A DNA stretch of 64,000 nt. Origin: Alphaproteobacteria bacterium (lineage in GTDB: Bacteria; Pseudomonadota; Alphaproteobacteria; SP197). The DNA lies in NCBI GenBank assembly GCA_964291265.2, contig OZ219747.1:512001-576000 (forward strand). Direction: 5' to 3'. How positions within the stretch are numbered: position 1 is the stretch's first letter; every line of letters starts with the position of its first letter. This document shows, piece by piece, positions 36,380 to 45,961 of this stretch. The notes beneath the pieces were generated by a model. It ran no database searches. It saw nothing but the letters and a program-made list of their open reading frames with translations, and had not been told where the DNA came from. Position numbers and translations under genes: made by a program.

Positions 36380-37696
36380 CGGGCCTATTATCGGTTCCTG
36401 GATCAGCCGGAGACGTCGGCGGTGACCCCGGCGAACATCCTGGCGCCGCACCGCCAGCGAACGGTGCAGCGGATGTGCGGCCAGCGGGTGGCGTTGTGCA
36501 TTCAGGACGGGACGGACCTGAACTTCGCGACCCGTCCGGGCGGCGACGGTCTGAGCATCATCGGCACGAACCAGACGGCCTCGCAGACCCTGGGCCTGCA
36601 CCTGCACGCCAGCTACGTTGTCAGCGGCGAAGGCCTGCCGCTGGGGGTGGCGCGTCTTGCCTTCGACGCACCTCCGCGCCCCCGGGCGAAGACCGGTTCG
36701 GGTGAGGATGCCGAGATGTCCCGGCGCAAGTCGCAGCGCTGGCTCGACGGTCTCGACGACATCGCGGACCTCGCGGCCCGGACGACCGGGGTGAAGGTCG
36801 TGTGCGTGATGGACCAGGAAGCGGACTTCTTCGAGCTGTTCGACCGGTGCCGGCAGCATCGCCGTCTGTCGATGCTGGTGCGGGCTCGACATGACCGGGT
36901 TCTCAAGCGCGGGGCTGCGAAGCTGTTCACCCGACTACGTACGTCTGCCTGCTGCGGCGCCATGCAGATCGACATACCCCGCCTGACGGCCCGGCCGAAG
37001 TCTTCGGGGCGCCAGAAGCAGCCCGGCCGCACTGCCCGGCGGAACGCGGTGCTGGAACTGCGCTGGTTGTCGACCACGCTGCCGGCGACTGCCGGCTGCC
37101 CCGATGCCGCGCCCGTGGCCGTGACCGCGCTGCATCTCCTCGAGACGGCCCCGCCGGCCGGGGAAGCTCCGGTGGAATGGTTCCTGTTGACCGACCTTCC
37201 GGTGGACCACGCCGAAGCGGCCCGGGAGATCGTCGGCTGGTACGCGCTGCGCTGGCGGATCGAATGCTGGTTCCGGGTGCTGAAGTCCGGCTGCCGGGTG
37301 GAGCACCTGGCGACGCGCAAGGCCTGCCGCCTGGAACGGCAGATCACCATCCACGCCGTGATCGCCTGGCGTCTTGCCCTGATGACCCTGCTCGGGCGGG
37401 ACGTGCCGACGATGAAGCCCGACTGCCTGTTCTCGGACCTGGAACTCCGCTTCCTCGGCGACTATGCCCGGCGATACCGGCTGGACCCGCCCGACACACT
37501 GGGGGCGGCGGTGAAGCTGGTGGCGATCCTTGGCGGGTATCTGGACCGCAAGCATGATCCGGCGCCGGGCAACCAGACGATGTGGCATGGCTATCCGCGA
37601 CTGGCCACCGCCGCCCTTGCCTATGAATGCCTGCTCGAGGCCATCGATCTGGATCCGACATCGCAAGGACATGATCATGACCTGCGCGATGTGTGA
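36380..37696 (+). pseudogene. IS4 (Tn5-like) DDE transposase, C-terminal part
   Basis: YYRFLDQP, CIQDGTDLNF, VMDQEAD, WFLLTDL, WYALRWRIECWFRVLKSGC (YREK), LGGYL. Confidence 0.88.
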
Positions 37697-37849
37697 GACC
37701 GCAAACATGACCTGCCGCCGGGCCACCAGACGATGTGGCATGGCTATCCGCGACTGGCCACCGCCGCCCTGGCCTGTGAATGCCTGCTCGAGACCCTCGA
37801 TCTGGAGCCGACGCCGCAAGGACATGATCACGGCCTGCGCGATCTGTGA
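37544..37849 (+). repeat. 153-bp tandem duplication of the transposase 3' end
   Basis: 37544-37696 versus 37697-37849, about 15 substitutions by manual count. Confidence 0.9.
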
Positions 37850-38081
37850 CTGAGGGCAAGGCAAGCGTTCGCTCAGTGGTTACGAGCAAAGGCAGCGGCA
37901 GAACGCATGGCGGTGATCGGAATGTCATTCTGTCGAGTGCCGCTCGACACGTTCATCGATGAGTACTGGCGCGTGAGACACTCGCGGAAGATCCTGGAGC
38001 CGGGAGAAAGGAAGGGATCTTTCAGATCAACAAGGGCGTGCTCCAGGGTAGAGTGCCATGCACGGGAAGGGAGAGTGTGAC

Positions 38082-38858
38082 ATGACACGCTTCAAGGGAC
38101 AGGTCGCGCTTGTCACTGGCGCTGCACGAGGCATCGGCCTTGCCATTGCGACGCGTCTCCTCGCCGAGGGTGCGCACGTCTGCCTCGCCGACATCGATGG
38201 TGACGCGGCATCCCAGGCCGTCGAGCAGCTGCCGACCCCGTCCATGGCCCGGGCGGCGGCCGTCACGCTCGACATCACCGACGAGAGCGCCTGCCGACGC
38301 CTGATCGCCGGGATCGACCGAGACCACGGACGCCTCGACGTGCTTGTCAACAATGCCGCGATTCTCGATATCAGTCCCGTCGACGGTCTCGTGATCGAGC
38401 ACTTCCGCAAGGTGACGCGCGTCAACCTCGACGGCGCACTCGTCTGCACACTCGCCGCGCTCCCGCTCATGGAGCGAAGCGGCGGACGCATCCTGATGAC
38501 GGCGAGCATCATGGGCCTTGTCGGTTCTGCCGATTCCATTCCCTACAGCAGCGCCAAGGGGGGGATGGTGAACATGGTGCGCGCACTCGCCTGTGACCTC
38601 GCGCCCAGGGGCATGACCGTGAATGCCATCGCTCCGGGTTTCATCGACACCCGCATGGCCCGGCTCCCCGACGGCAGTCACGAGCACGACAGCGAGTACT
38701 TCAGGACCGTGTACCTCGGATATCGCAAGATTCCGCTCGGCCGGACCGGTTGTCCGGCGGACCTGGCAGGGCCGGCGGCCTTTCTCGTCTCGCGAGATGC
38801 CGCCTATATCACGGGTCAGATCCTCGCTGTCGACGGTGGTGTCACCGCGACCTTCTGA
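38082..38858 (+). CDS. Short-chain dehydrogenase/reductase
   Basis: TGAARGIG, VNNAA, YSSAK (YxxxK), NAIAPG, ITGQILAVDGG. Confidence 0.92.
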   Translation: MTRFKGQVALVTGAARGIGLAIATRLLAEGAHVCLADIDGDAASQAVEQLPTPSMARAAAVTLDITDESACRRLIAGIDRDHGRLDVLVNNAAILDISPVDGLVIEHFRKVTRVNLDGALVCTLAALPLMERSGGRILMTASIMGLVGSADSIPYSSAKGGMVNMVRALACDLAPRGMTVNAIAPGFIDTRMARLPDGSHEHDSEYFRTVYLGYRKIPLGRTGCPADLAGPAAFLVSRDAAYITGQILAVDGGVTATF

Positions 38859-38977
38859 TCCGGGGGCGGGCGTCGTCGTCCGGGCCGGTGAATCGCTTGA
38901 CGCCCCGATGCCGGGATCCCGGTGAGTGACACCCGCAGGCGCCGTTGTTCACGAGGACCTTTCTGGCAGGAACCCCT

Positions 38978-39817
38978 TCAGGAGACTGGTTGTGGTTTCG
39001 GGGTCTCTTTCCGGGGACCCGGCCCACCGGTAACCACGTTCCGGCGCCATGCGAAGGCCACCGCGACGGTCATGAGGACCGAAAGGCCGAGAATGAGGGT
39101 GACGAGCGCGTTGATCGTCGGGGTGAAACCGACCCGCATCATCGCATAGAGACGCACGGGAAGGGTGGATTCCGTTCCGCTGAGAAAGAGCGTGATCATG
39201 GTCTCGTCGAAGGACAGTGCGAAGGCGAGCAACCCGCCGGCAAGAAGCGGCATGCGCAGGTTCGGCAGGACAATGAAGCGAAAGGTCTGGAGACGGGTGG
39301 CGCCGAGATCGTAGGCGGCCTCCACCAGATGATCACTGAGCGCGTTCAGGCGAGTCAGCACGAGGCGGTAGATGATGGCGGAAACGAAGAGCACATGGCC
39401 CATGGTGATCGTCGCAATGCCGCGGTCGACTCCCGCTTCCCGGAACCAGATGAGCAAAGACAGACCGGTGATGATGGGCGGCAACAGGAAGGGCAGGAAG
39501 ATCACGTACTCGAGCAGACGCGTTGCAGGCCTGTCGGGCCGCGCCTTGACGAACAGAGCAGCCGAGGTCGAGAACACGACGGCTCCTGCGACCGCGAGAC
39601 TGCCGACAAGGAGAGAGTTCCACAGGGCCTCGCCCAGCGCGTCACTGTGCACGAGTTCCGCATACCACTGCAGGGAAAAGGTGCCCCAGTCGACCTTGCC
39701 GCGCCGCATCGAGAAGAACGAGAGCAGGACGACGAGCAGGATCGGCAGATAGAGCGAGACGTACACCAGCACGACGACGACGGCGAGCGGGATGTCAACG
39801 AGACGGCTGCGCTTCAC
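38978..39817 (-). CDS. ABC permease, PotC-like
   Basis: FSLQWY, EAAYDLGA, FALSFDE, TLPVRLY. Confidence 0.88.
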   Translation of the reverse strand: MKRSRLVDIPLAVVVVLVYVSLYLPILLVVLLSFFSMRRGKVDWGTFSLQWYAELVHSDALGEALWNSLLVGSLAVAGAVVFSTSAALFVKARPDRPATRLLEYVIFLPFLLPPIITGLSLLIWFREAGVDRGIATITMGHVLFVSAIIYRLVLTRLNALSDHLVEAAYDLGATRLQTFRFIVLPNLRMPLLAGGLLAFALSFDETMITLFLSGTESTLPVRLYAMMRVGFTPTINALVTLILGLSVLMTVAVAFAWRRNVVTGGPGPRKETPKPQPVS

Positions 39818-40668
39818 GACTGCCAGCGCGGATTGGACAAGCGGCGTGCCGCGAAGATCGCGGACAGGGCGACCACCATCAGGACAACGGACAGCGCAGC
39901 CCCCAGAGGCCAGTTGAATGCAAGGCCGAACTGGCTGAACACCAACCTTCCGTAGGTGAACCCCTCGATGCCACCGACGAGCTCCGGTGCAAGAAAGTCG
40001 CCGCTGGCGAGGACGAGGGTGAACATCGCACCGACGACCGCACCCGGCAGGCTGAGCGGCAGGACAATCCATCGGAACGTCTGCACTTCCGTGGCTCCGA
40101 GGTCGGCCGCGGCCTGCAGGAGCGCGGGGGAGACACGGATCAGGGCGACATAGACCGGCAACACCATGAAAGGCAGAAGGACGACGGCGAGCGTGACCCG
40201 CACGGCGGTCAGGTTGAAGAGCAGCGCGCTCACCGGCTCGTCGGCGATGCCGAGAACAAGGAGCAGGCTGTTCAGAAGGCCATTGGTTCCGAGCACCCCG
40301 CGCATCGCGTAGATCTTGATGATGTAGCTCATCAGCAGCGGTATCGCGAGGGCAATGACGAGCACGTTTCGCCAGGCAGGCGGGCGCCGCCAGATGAAAT
40401 AGGCGGTGGCATAGCCGAGCACGACGTTGAATGCCGAAACTTCGAAGGCCAGCCGCATGGTCCGCAGGAAGGTGGCGCGATAGGAGTCGTTCGAAAGGAG
40501 ACCGATGAAATTGTCGAGGGTCGGCTGGTAGACGATGCTGTTGTCGACGACCGGGAGAAAGCCGTAGGCGAGAAAGCTCGCGAGCGGCGCCAGGATGAAG
40601 AGGCCGCAGACGGCCCAGAGCGCGAATGCAGCGCTCGTATGCGCAGACAGGCGCCAGCCGCGCGTCAC
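39814..40668 (-). CDS. ABC permease, PotB-like
   Basis: GLLNSLL, LPFMVLPVY, QAAADLGA, FNWPLGAALS. Confidence 0.88.
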   Translation of the reverse strand: MTRGWRLSAHTSAAFALWAVCGLFILAPLASFLAYGFLPVVDNSIVYQPTLDNFIGLLSNDSYRATFLRTMRLAFEVSAFNVVLGYATAYFIWRRPPAWRNVLVIALAIPLLMSYIIKIYAMRGVLGTNGLLNSLLLVLGIADEPVSALLFNLTAVRVTLAVVLLPFMVLPVYVALIRVSPALLQAAADLGATEVQTFRWIVLPLSLPGAVVGAMFTLVLASGDFLAPELVGGIEGFTYGRLVFSQFGLAFNWPLGAALSVVLMVVALSAIFAARRLSNPRWQS

Positions 40669-41765
40669 GCCGCGTCTCCCGTGACAAGCGTGCACGAGGT
40701 CGGATCGAAGCCGACCTCGAGGCGCGACCCGATCGCGGGGAGACGGGCCGAGGGATCGCTGCGGGTCTTCATGGTCAGAACCTCGCATGCGTGCGGGTGT
40801 CTGAGTGCGATGACAGTCTCCGAGCCGACGAAGGACACCTGGACCACCTCGCACGCGATCCGGTTGGCATGGCCGGCCGCGGCCACGACAAGGGCCTCCG
40901 GCCGCACCGCCAGCGCCAGCCCCTCGCGGACCCGGGGTGCGGGACCCTGAACCAGTATCGTGCCCATGGGCGTGGACACGGTCGTCATGGTGCCGTCGGT
41001 GCTCTCGACAGTGCACGGCCCGAGAACGTTGCTGGCGCCAAGGAACGCGGCCACGAAGCGGCTGCGCGGCCTGTAATAAAGGTCCCGGGGGGTGCCGACC
41101 TGCTCGATGCCCCCGGAACGCATCACGCAGATTCGATCCGATACCGTGATCGCTTCGGACTGATCGTGAGTCACGAAGACAAAGGTGATGCCACTCTGCC
41201 GCTGTACGGACTTCAGGAACTTCTGCATCTGACGGCGAAGCGCCGCATCGAGCGCGGCGAGCGGTTCGTCGAGCAGGATGAGACGCGGCTCGCAGATCAT
41301 GGCCCGGGCGAGCGCCGTTCTCTGTTGCTGTCCGCCGCTCAGCTGCGCCGGATAGCGGTCTGCGAGCTCACCGAGCTCGACGGTCTCGAGAGCCTCTTCG
41401 ACGCGCGCATCGCGCATCACGCGCGCGACGCGCCGCATCCGGAGGCCGAACGCGACATTCTGCCGTACCGTCATGTGAGGAAAGAGCGCATAGTCCTGGA
41501 ATACGGTGTTGAAGGGGCGGCGGTTGATCGGCAGGTCCCCGATGTCGCGTCCGTCGAACTCGATGCGTCCCGCAGTGGGGGGTTGGAACCCGGCTATCGT
41601 TCGCAGCAGCGTGGTCTTTCCTGACCCCGAGGGGCCGAGGATGGTCAGGAACTCGCCATTCAGGACATCGAGGTCGAGAGGACGGATCGCCTCGAAATCC
41701 CGAAAACGGACGCTGAGACCGCGAATCCGCAGCAGGGACGCGTTGTCGTCTGCCGCCCTGCACAT
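40665..41765 (-). CDS. ABC ATP-binding protein, PotA-like
   Basis: GPSGSGKT, FQDYALFPH, LSGGQQQR, LDEP, VTHDQ. Confidence 0.92.
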   Translation of the reverse strand: MCRAADDNASLLRIRGLSVRFRDFEAIRPLDLDVLNGEFLTILGPSGSGKTTLLRTIAGFQPPTAGRIEFDGRDIGDLPINRRPFNTVFQDYALFPHMTVRQNVAFGLRMRRVARVMRDARVEEALETVELGELADRYPAQLSGGQQQRTALARAMICEPRLILLDEPLAALDAALRRQMQKFLKSVQRQSGITFVFVTHDQSEAITVSDRICVMRSGGIEQVGTPRDLYYRPRSRFVAAFLGASNVLGPCTVESTDGTMTTVSTPMGTILVQGPAPRVREGLALAVRPEALVVAAAGHANRIACEVVQVSFVGSETVIALRHPHACEVLTMKTRSDPSARLPAIGSRLEVGFDPTSCTLVTGDAA

Positions 41766-41775
41766 GTGCCCTGGC

Positions 41776-42951
41776 TCATGGTTGCCCGTAGGCACGCACC
41801 GCATCCCAGTTGATCTCCACCCCGAGGCCCGGCCGGGTGGGCGTGCGGATGTGACCGTTCTCGAGGACAAGATCCTCCGTGGCGAGCTCGCGACGTAGCT
41901 TTTCGATACAGAGCTGCGGGGGAAGGTACTCGATGAAGGTGATTCCGGGAGTCGCGAACGCGAGGTGGGCGGTAGCCGAAAGGGACACACCGGTTTTCCA
42001 GCAGTGCGGCACCACCGGAAGATCTCGTTCGGCTGCCATCGTGCACACCGCACGTGCCTCGCCGATCCCGCCGACGCGTCCGACATCCGGTTGAACGACA
42101 CCGATCCGGCCGCGCTCGATCAGTTCCTCGAACTCCCAGCGGGTTGCGAGCCATTCTCCCGAGGCAATGCGGAAGGGCGCCCGGGCTGCCAACTTGGCAT
42201 GCTCGTCGAGAAAATCCGGCCAGATAGGCGTTTCGACAAAGTAAAGATCGAACTCGTGCCAGTCACGCAGGACCGACCACGCCGTCTCGGCGTCACGCCA
42301 GAGGTACTGCACGTCCACCATCAGCGTGATGTTCGGTCCGAGCGTCTCGCGCACCGCCGCCACGACCTCCGTGTGGCGATCATAGCTCTCGTTCATGCCA
42401 TCATGGGCGTAGGGGCCTGCCATGGTGCACTCGGCCTTGACCGCCCGGAAACCGAGTCGCCTGGCATTTTCGGCCGACGCACAGAGCGCATCCCGGTAGG
42501 CCTCGAAACTGCTGCCCGCTGGCTGCAGGGAAGCGTAGGGAACAAGTGGTGTCGGACGTCGTTCGCCGAGAAGCTTCCACAGGGGCTCGCCGGCGATCTT
42601 TCCACACAGGTCGCGGAGCGCCATCTCGACCGCGCCGAGGGCATGGATCAGGGCCCCTCGACGCCCGTTCATGGCGGTCATGGTGTAGACGTGATCCCAG
42701 AGCGCCTCGACATCGCGCGGATCCCTGCCTTTCAGCAGGTCCGTCATGCCGAGCCCCATGGTGTGCGTGCCGGACGCCTCTATGCAGGAACGCCCGAGCC
42801 ACGGATTGAGATCGCTTTCGCCATAGCCCTCGAGACCCTCGTCCGTCCTGACGACAACGAGAAGGCTGTCCTGCGCGGACGACGTCAAGCCCGGGTCGAC
42901 ATCATCCGCAACCAGCACATGGCACTCTATATCGGTGATCTTCACCGCCAT
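41776..42951 (-). CDS. Mandelate racemase/muconate lactonizing enzyme (enolase superfamily) dehydratase
   Basis: GYGE, GFRAVKAE, LMVD, FVETP, ASGE, QPDVGRVGG, PHCW, PGLGVE. Confidence 0.9.
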   Translation of the reverse strand: MAVKITDIECHVLVADDVDPGLTSSAQDSLLVVVRTDEGLEGYGESDLNPWLGRSCIEASGTHTMGLGMTDLLKGRDPRDVEALWDHVYTMTAMNGRRGALIHALGAVEMALRDLCGKIAGEPLWKLLGERRPTPLVPYASLQPAGSSFEAYRDALCASAENARRLGFRAVKAECTMAGPYAHDGMNESYDRHTEVVAAVRETLGPNITLMVDVQYLWRDAETAWSVLRDWHEFDLYFVETPIWPDFLDEHAKLAARAPFRIASGEWLATRWEFEELIERGRIGVVQPDVGRVGGIGEARAVCTMAAERDLPVVPHCWKTGVSLSATAHLAFATPGITFIEYLPPQLCIEKLRRELATEDLVLENGHIRTPTRPGLGVEINWDAVRAYGQP

Positions 42952-43082
42952 CGCTCCCTCGTCATCGCGGACAGCCCGGACAGCTTCGGTCGATGCGCCA
43001 TCGCACGAAGCTCGCAAGCAGGACATCCACGGACCCGCGACCGCGCCCCGCGTCCTGGCCAGGATCGAACGAAAGGCCCCGG

Positions 43083-43114
43083 GGGCGGGGTATTCGGCTC
43101 CCGATACCCCGCCC
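43083..43114 (-). terminator. Stem-loop downstream of the binding-protein gene
   Basis: GGGCGGGGTAT...ATACCCCGCCC, perfect 11-bp stem. Confidence 0.55.
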
Positions 43115-43126
43115 TCAAGGCTCAGT

Positions 43127-44131
43127 TCACTGTGCCGCCTTCACCTCGTTCCAGACCTTCACCCTGCGGTCGAAATCCTCAACAGGTCGCAGCCACACGA
43201 GCTTGTCGGCGTAATCCAGTCCCGAGCTTTCGTTCGTGGTATTGCCGTAACCGTTCGTCGCGGTCATGGTCGGGCCGGTTTCGCCGTTGAGGTAGTGATT
43301 GACCCACTGATGGGCACACGCGGAGTCCTGCACACCCCTGGAGAGGGCCCACGTGTCAAGCCAGCCGATGCCACCTTCCTTCGGAATCGAATAGACGACG
43401 TCATAGCCGCGACCGGAAAGTTCGACGGTCTGGAACTCACCCATCGAGAACATCAGTGTCGCCTCGCTCGACTCCCACATGTTCACGCCCTCTTCGAAGC
43501 CTGCGTAGTAGCTGATCAGATACTGCTTCTGCTCGATCAGCTTCATCTTGACGGCATCGAAGTCGGCGTCACTCAGGTTGAAGGGATCATCGAGTCCAAG
43601 CACGATCGCAGCATTAGTCACGTTGTTGTTGGCATCGTCGAGAGCCAGCACGTGTCCGGCGTTCTCGGAACTCCAGAGCGCTTCCCACGTATCGACTCCG
43701 CCGGGGAAGGCAACCCTGTCGTATATGAGACCGAGCGAGCCCCAGGCGATCGGAACCCCGTAGGTCTCACCACCCGACATGACCTCGTCCACCGACTCGA
43801 ATGAGGCAAGAAGGTTGGTCGTATTGGGTATCCGGGACATGTCGAAGGGAATGATCAGGTCCTGATCGAGGTAACGCTGGATGATCGAGGTATCGATGGA
43901 GATCAGGTCGTAGTCGGCGCCATCGCTGCCGACCATCTTGGCGAACATCTCGTCCACCGACCCGGTGTAGGCCACGCTCACCTCGCAGCCGGTGGCGGCG
44001 GTGAAGGGCTCGACCCACTCGGGTTCGGCGTAACCCTCGAAGCTGAAGAGCCGGACTTCCTGCGCCGAGGCCTGGGTTCCGGCAAGCAACATGAGAGCCA
44101 CTGCTAGTCTCCGTTCACGTGATCGAAACAT
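43127..44131 (-). CDS. ABC substrate-binding protein, PotD/PotF-like
   Basis: Signal peptide, FEGYAEPEWVEPF, YGVPIAWG, IPKEGGIGWLD. Confidence 0.88.
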   Translation of the reverse strand: MFRSRERRLAVALMLLAGTQASAQEVRLFSFEGYAEPEWVEPFTAATGCEVSVAYTGSVDEMFAKMVGSDGADYDLISIDTSIIQRYLDQDLIIPFDMSRIPNTTNLLASFESVDEVMSGGETYGVPIAWGSLGLIYDRVAFPGGVDTWEALWSSENAGHVLALDDANNNVTNAAIVLGLDDPFNLSDADFDAVKMKLIEQKQYLISYYAGFEEGVNMWESSEATLMFSMGEFQTVELSGRGYDVVYSIPKEGGIGWLDTWALSRGVQDSACAHQWVNHYLNGETGPTMTATNGYGNTTNESSGLDYADKLVWLRPVEDFDRRVKVWNEVKAAQ

Positions 44132-44758
44132 GGTTCATCTCCCTGTCAGTTGATTCGGCATGAGACACCGGCAAGCCCGCCAACGACAGATACCGACCGG
44201 TGATGTGATCGCTCAAGCATCGACGTCAGATTCCCGGGATCACCCTCCATCGGAAGACAGCAAGGCCCCCAGTGCTGCGCCACAAGGGCAAAACGATGCG
44301 GACCGGACCGCAGGTTCTTTCCCGGCCTCGAAGGCCCGGTGTGTTGTCCGCTGCCTCGAAGGCGGCGCGATGAGAGTCGACATCGACCCGCAGAACCTGC
44401 TTGACCCTGCCGTCCGTACGTTCCGGCGTCAAGCGCCGAACGAGGCGGACCGGCCATTGTTTCGCCCGGCAGCATCGTCCGGAGCGCGTGACGAACACCG
44501 CACACCTCGCGGAAACCGGCGATCATGGGACGCTGCAACCTTGCATCGTCAGCGCGGAAGCCGACCGGAACGCGGCCGAAGCCCTCTTCCACAAGGCGGC
44601 ACACGGTCTGCAGCACATCGGTCATGATGTCACGGATGAGCCGATCAATGATCCCGCGGGAACGAGACGCCGTTGGACAGGTGCCACCGGGGCTGGCACT
44701 GGATCGCTCATTCGCATACCGTCGCATTGCCGTTCCGCGACTGTCAAGTCAAGGAGGC

Positions 44759-45679
44759 ATGGCTCGGGGAGGATACACGGTGGCGTTCGAGACTCCGCGC
44801 CGCATCGCTGCCGGTGCCCACCTCGGAGAGGCGCCGTTGTGGCTTCCGTCCCCTGGCGTCTTTCTGTGGCTTGACCTCCACGGGCGCGAAGTGCACCGAT
44901 TCGACCCGCAAAACGGTGACGACCGGGTCATCGCAAGCGGGTTCGCCGAGAACCTCGCCTGCCTCGCCCGGCTGAGCGATGGATCGGCGCTCCTTGTGAC
45001 GGCGACGGCGTTTCTTGGCCTCGATCCGGCGAGCGGTGTCACGACACCGCTGCCGGCGCCGCTTCGCCCCGCCAGGGGGACCTGTTTCAACGACGGCAAG
45101 GTCGCCCCCGACGGCGCCCTCTGGCTCGGCATTTCGCATGTCGAGGAGACCGAGCCAGCCGGTTCGCTCCACCGTGTGAGCGCGTCCGGCAGCGAATGCA
45201 TCGACCGCGGGTTCATGGTCGCAAACGGGCCGGCGTTCTCTCCCGACGGCAGGATTGCTTACTTCGCCGACACCCTCCGCGGCCGCATCCTTCGCTACAC
45301 GCTCGATCCTGTGGGTCGGCCTGTCGAGCGCACGCTCTTCACACAGGTCCCCGAGAAGGAGGGAATGCCCGACGGCATGACCACCGACCGTGACGGACGC
45401 CTCTACAGCGCTCACTGGCAAGGCGGCTGCATCAGAGTCTACGATCCCGAAGGCACGGCGGTGGAGAGAATCACCCTTCCAGCGACCAACATCACCTCCT
45501 GCGCATTTGGCGGCGAGCACGGATCACTGCTCCTTGCAACGAGCGCCGCCCGGGACGGCGCCGGTGGCCCCGCATCACCGCACGGCGACGTGTTTGTGCT
45601 GCCAGACCGGGGAAAGGGGACGCCGGAACCCGAATTCGATCCTCGTTTCCTTGGACAAGGGGGAATCCGCGGAACCTGA
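44759..45679 (+). CDS. SMP-30/gluconolactonase/LRE family protein
   Basis: LGEAPLW, FNDGKVAPDG, ANGPAFSPDG, PDGMTTD, TSCAFGG; AAGGAGG RBS. Confidence 0.9.
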   Translation: MARGGYTVAFETPRRIAAGAHLGEAPLWLPSPGVFLWLDLHGREVHRFDPQNGDDRVIASGFAENLACLARLSDGSALLVTATAFLGLDPASGVTTPLPAPLRPARGTCFNDGKVAPDGALWLGISHVEETEPAGSLHRVSASGSECIDRGFMVANGPAFSPDGRIAYFADTLRGRILRYTLDPVGRPVERTLFTQVPEKEGMPDGMTTDRDGRLYSAHWQGGCIRVYDPEGTAVERITLPATNITSCAFGGEHGSLLLATSAARDGAGGPASPHGDVFVLPDRGKGTPEPEFDPRFLGQGGIRGT

Positions 45680-45961
45680 GACCACTGCCGCCGGCTGAGG
45701 CAACGGCTGGAATTCGGCATGCGTCTCGTGTAGCAGCCCGGCTGGTCGACCGCTTCAACAGCGCCGCCGGCAAGGAGGACGAGGCCTTGACGGTGTCCCC
45801 CGCGATACCCGACAACGACGCCGACAACACGGTCTTCGTGCGGAGGGCAACGAACCTCTGCCGTCTCCGGGACAGGAGGGTAAGACGAGCGAACTCCGTC
45901 GGACGGTTCGACCCGGCGCAGACACGTGCTTCGCTGTGGACCCCGCCCGCATGGCGCCCGA

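Larger units (their letters stand above)
32915..37860 (+). mobile_element. IS4-family element (DUF4338-DDE), interrupted by an RTX-bearing segment
   Basis: Imperfect TIRs CCTGCCCTTTGGTCACAAATCG / CGATCTGTGACTGAGGGCAAG; 5' and 3' transposase halves co-oriented. Confidence 0.7.

Noticed and set aside
37544-37849. Possible DGR template/variable repeat pair
   Set aside because: Differences are not confined to adenines on either strand, the repeat is a transposase 3' end, and no reverse transcriptase is present
44146-44727. Possible LacI-type regulator remnant
   Set aside because: Only a vague resemblance (LVEEGFGRV...IAGFREVC) and no HTH found
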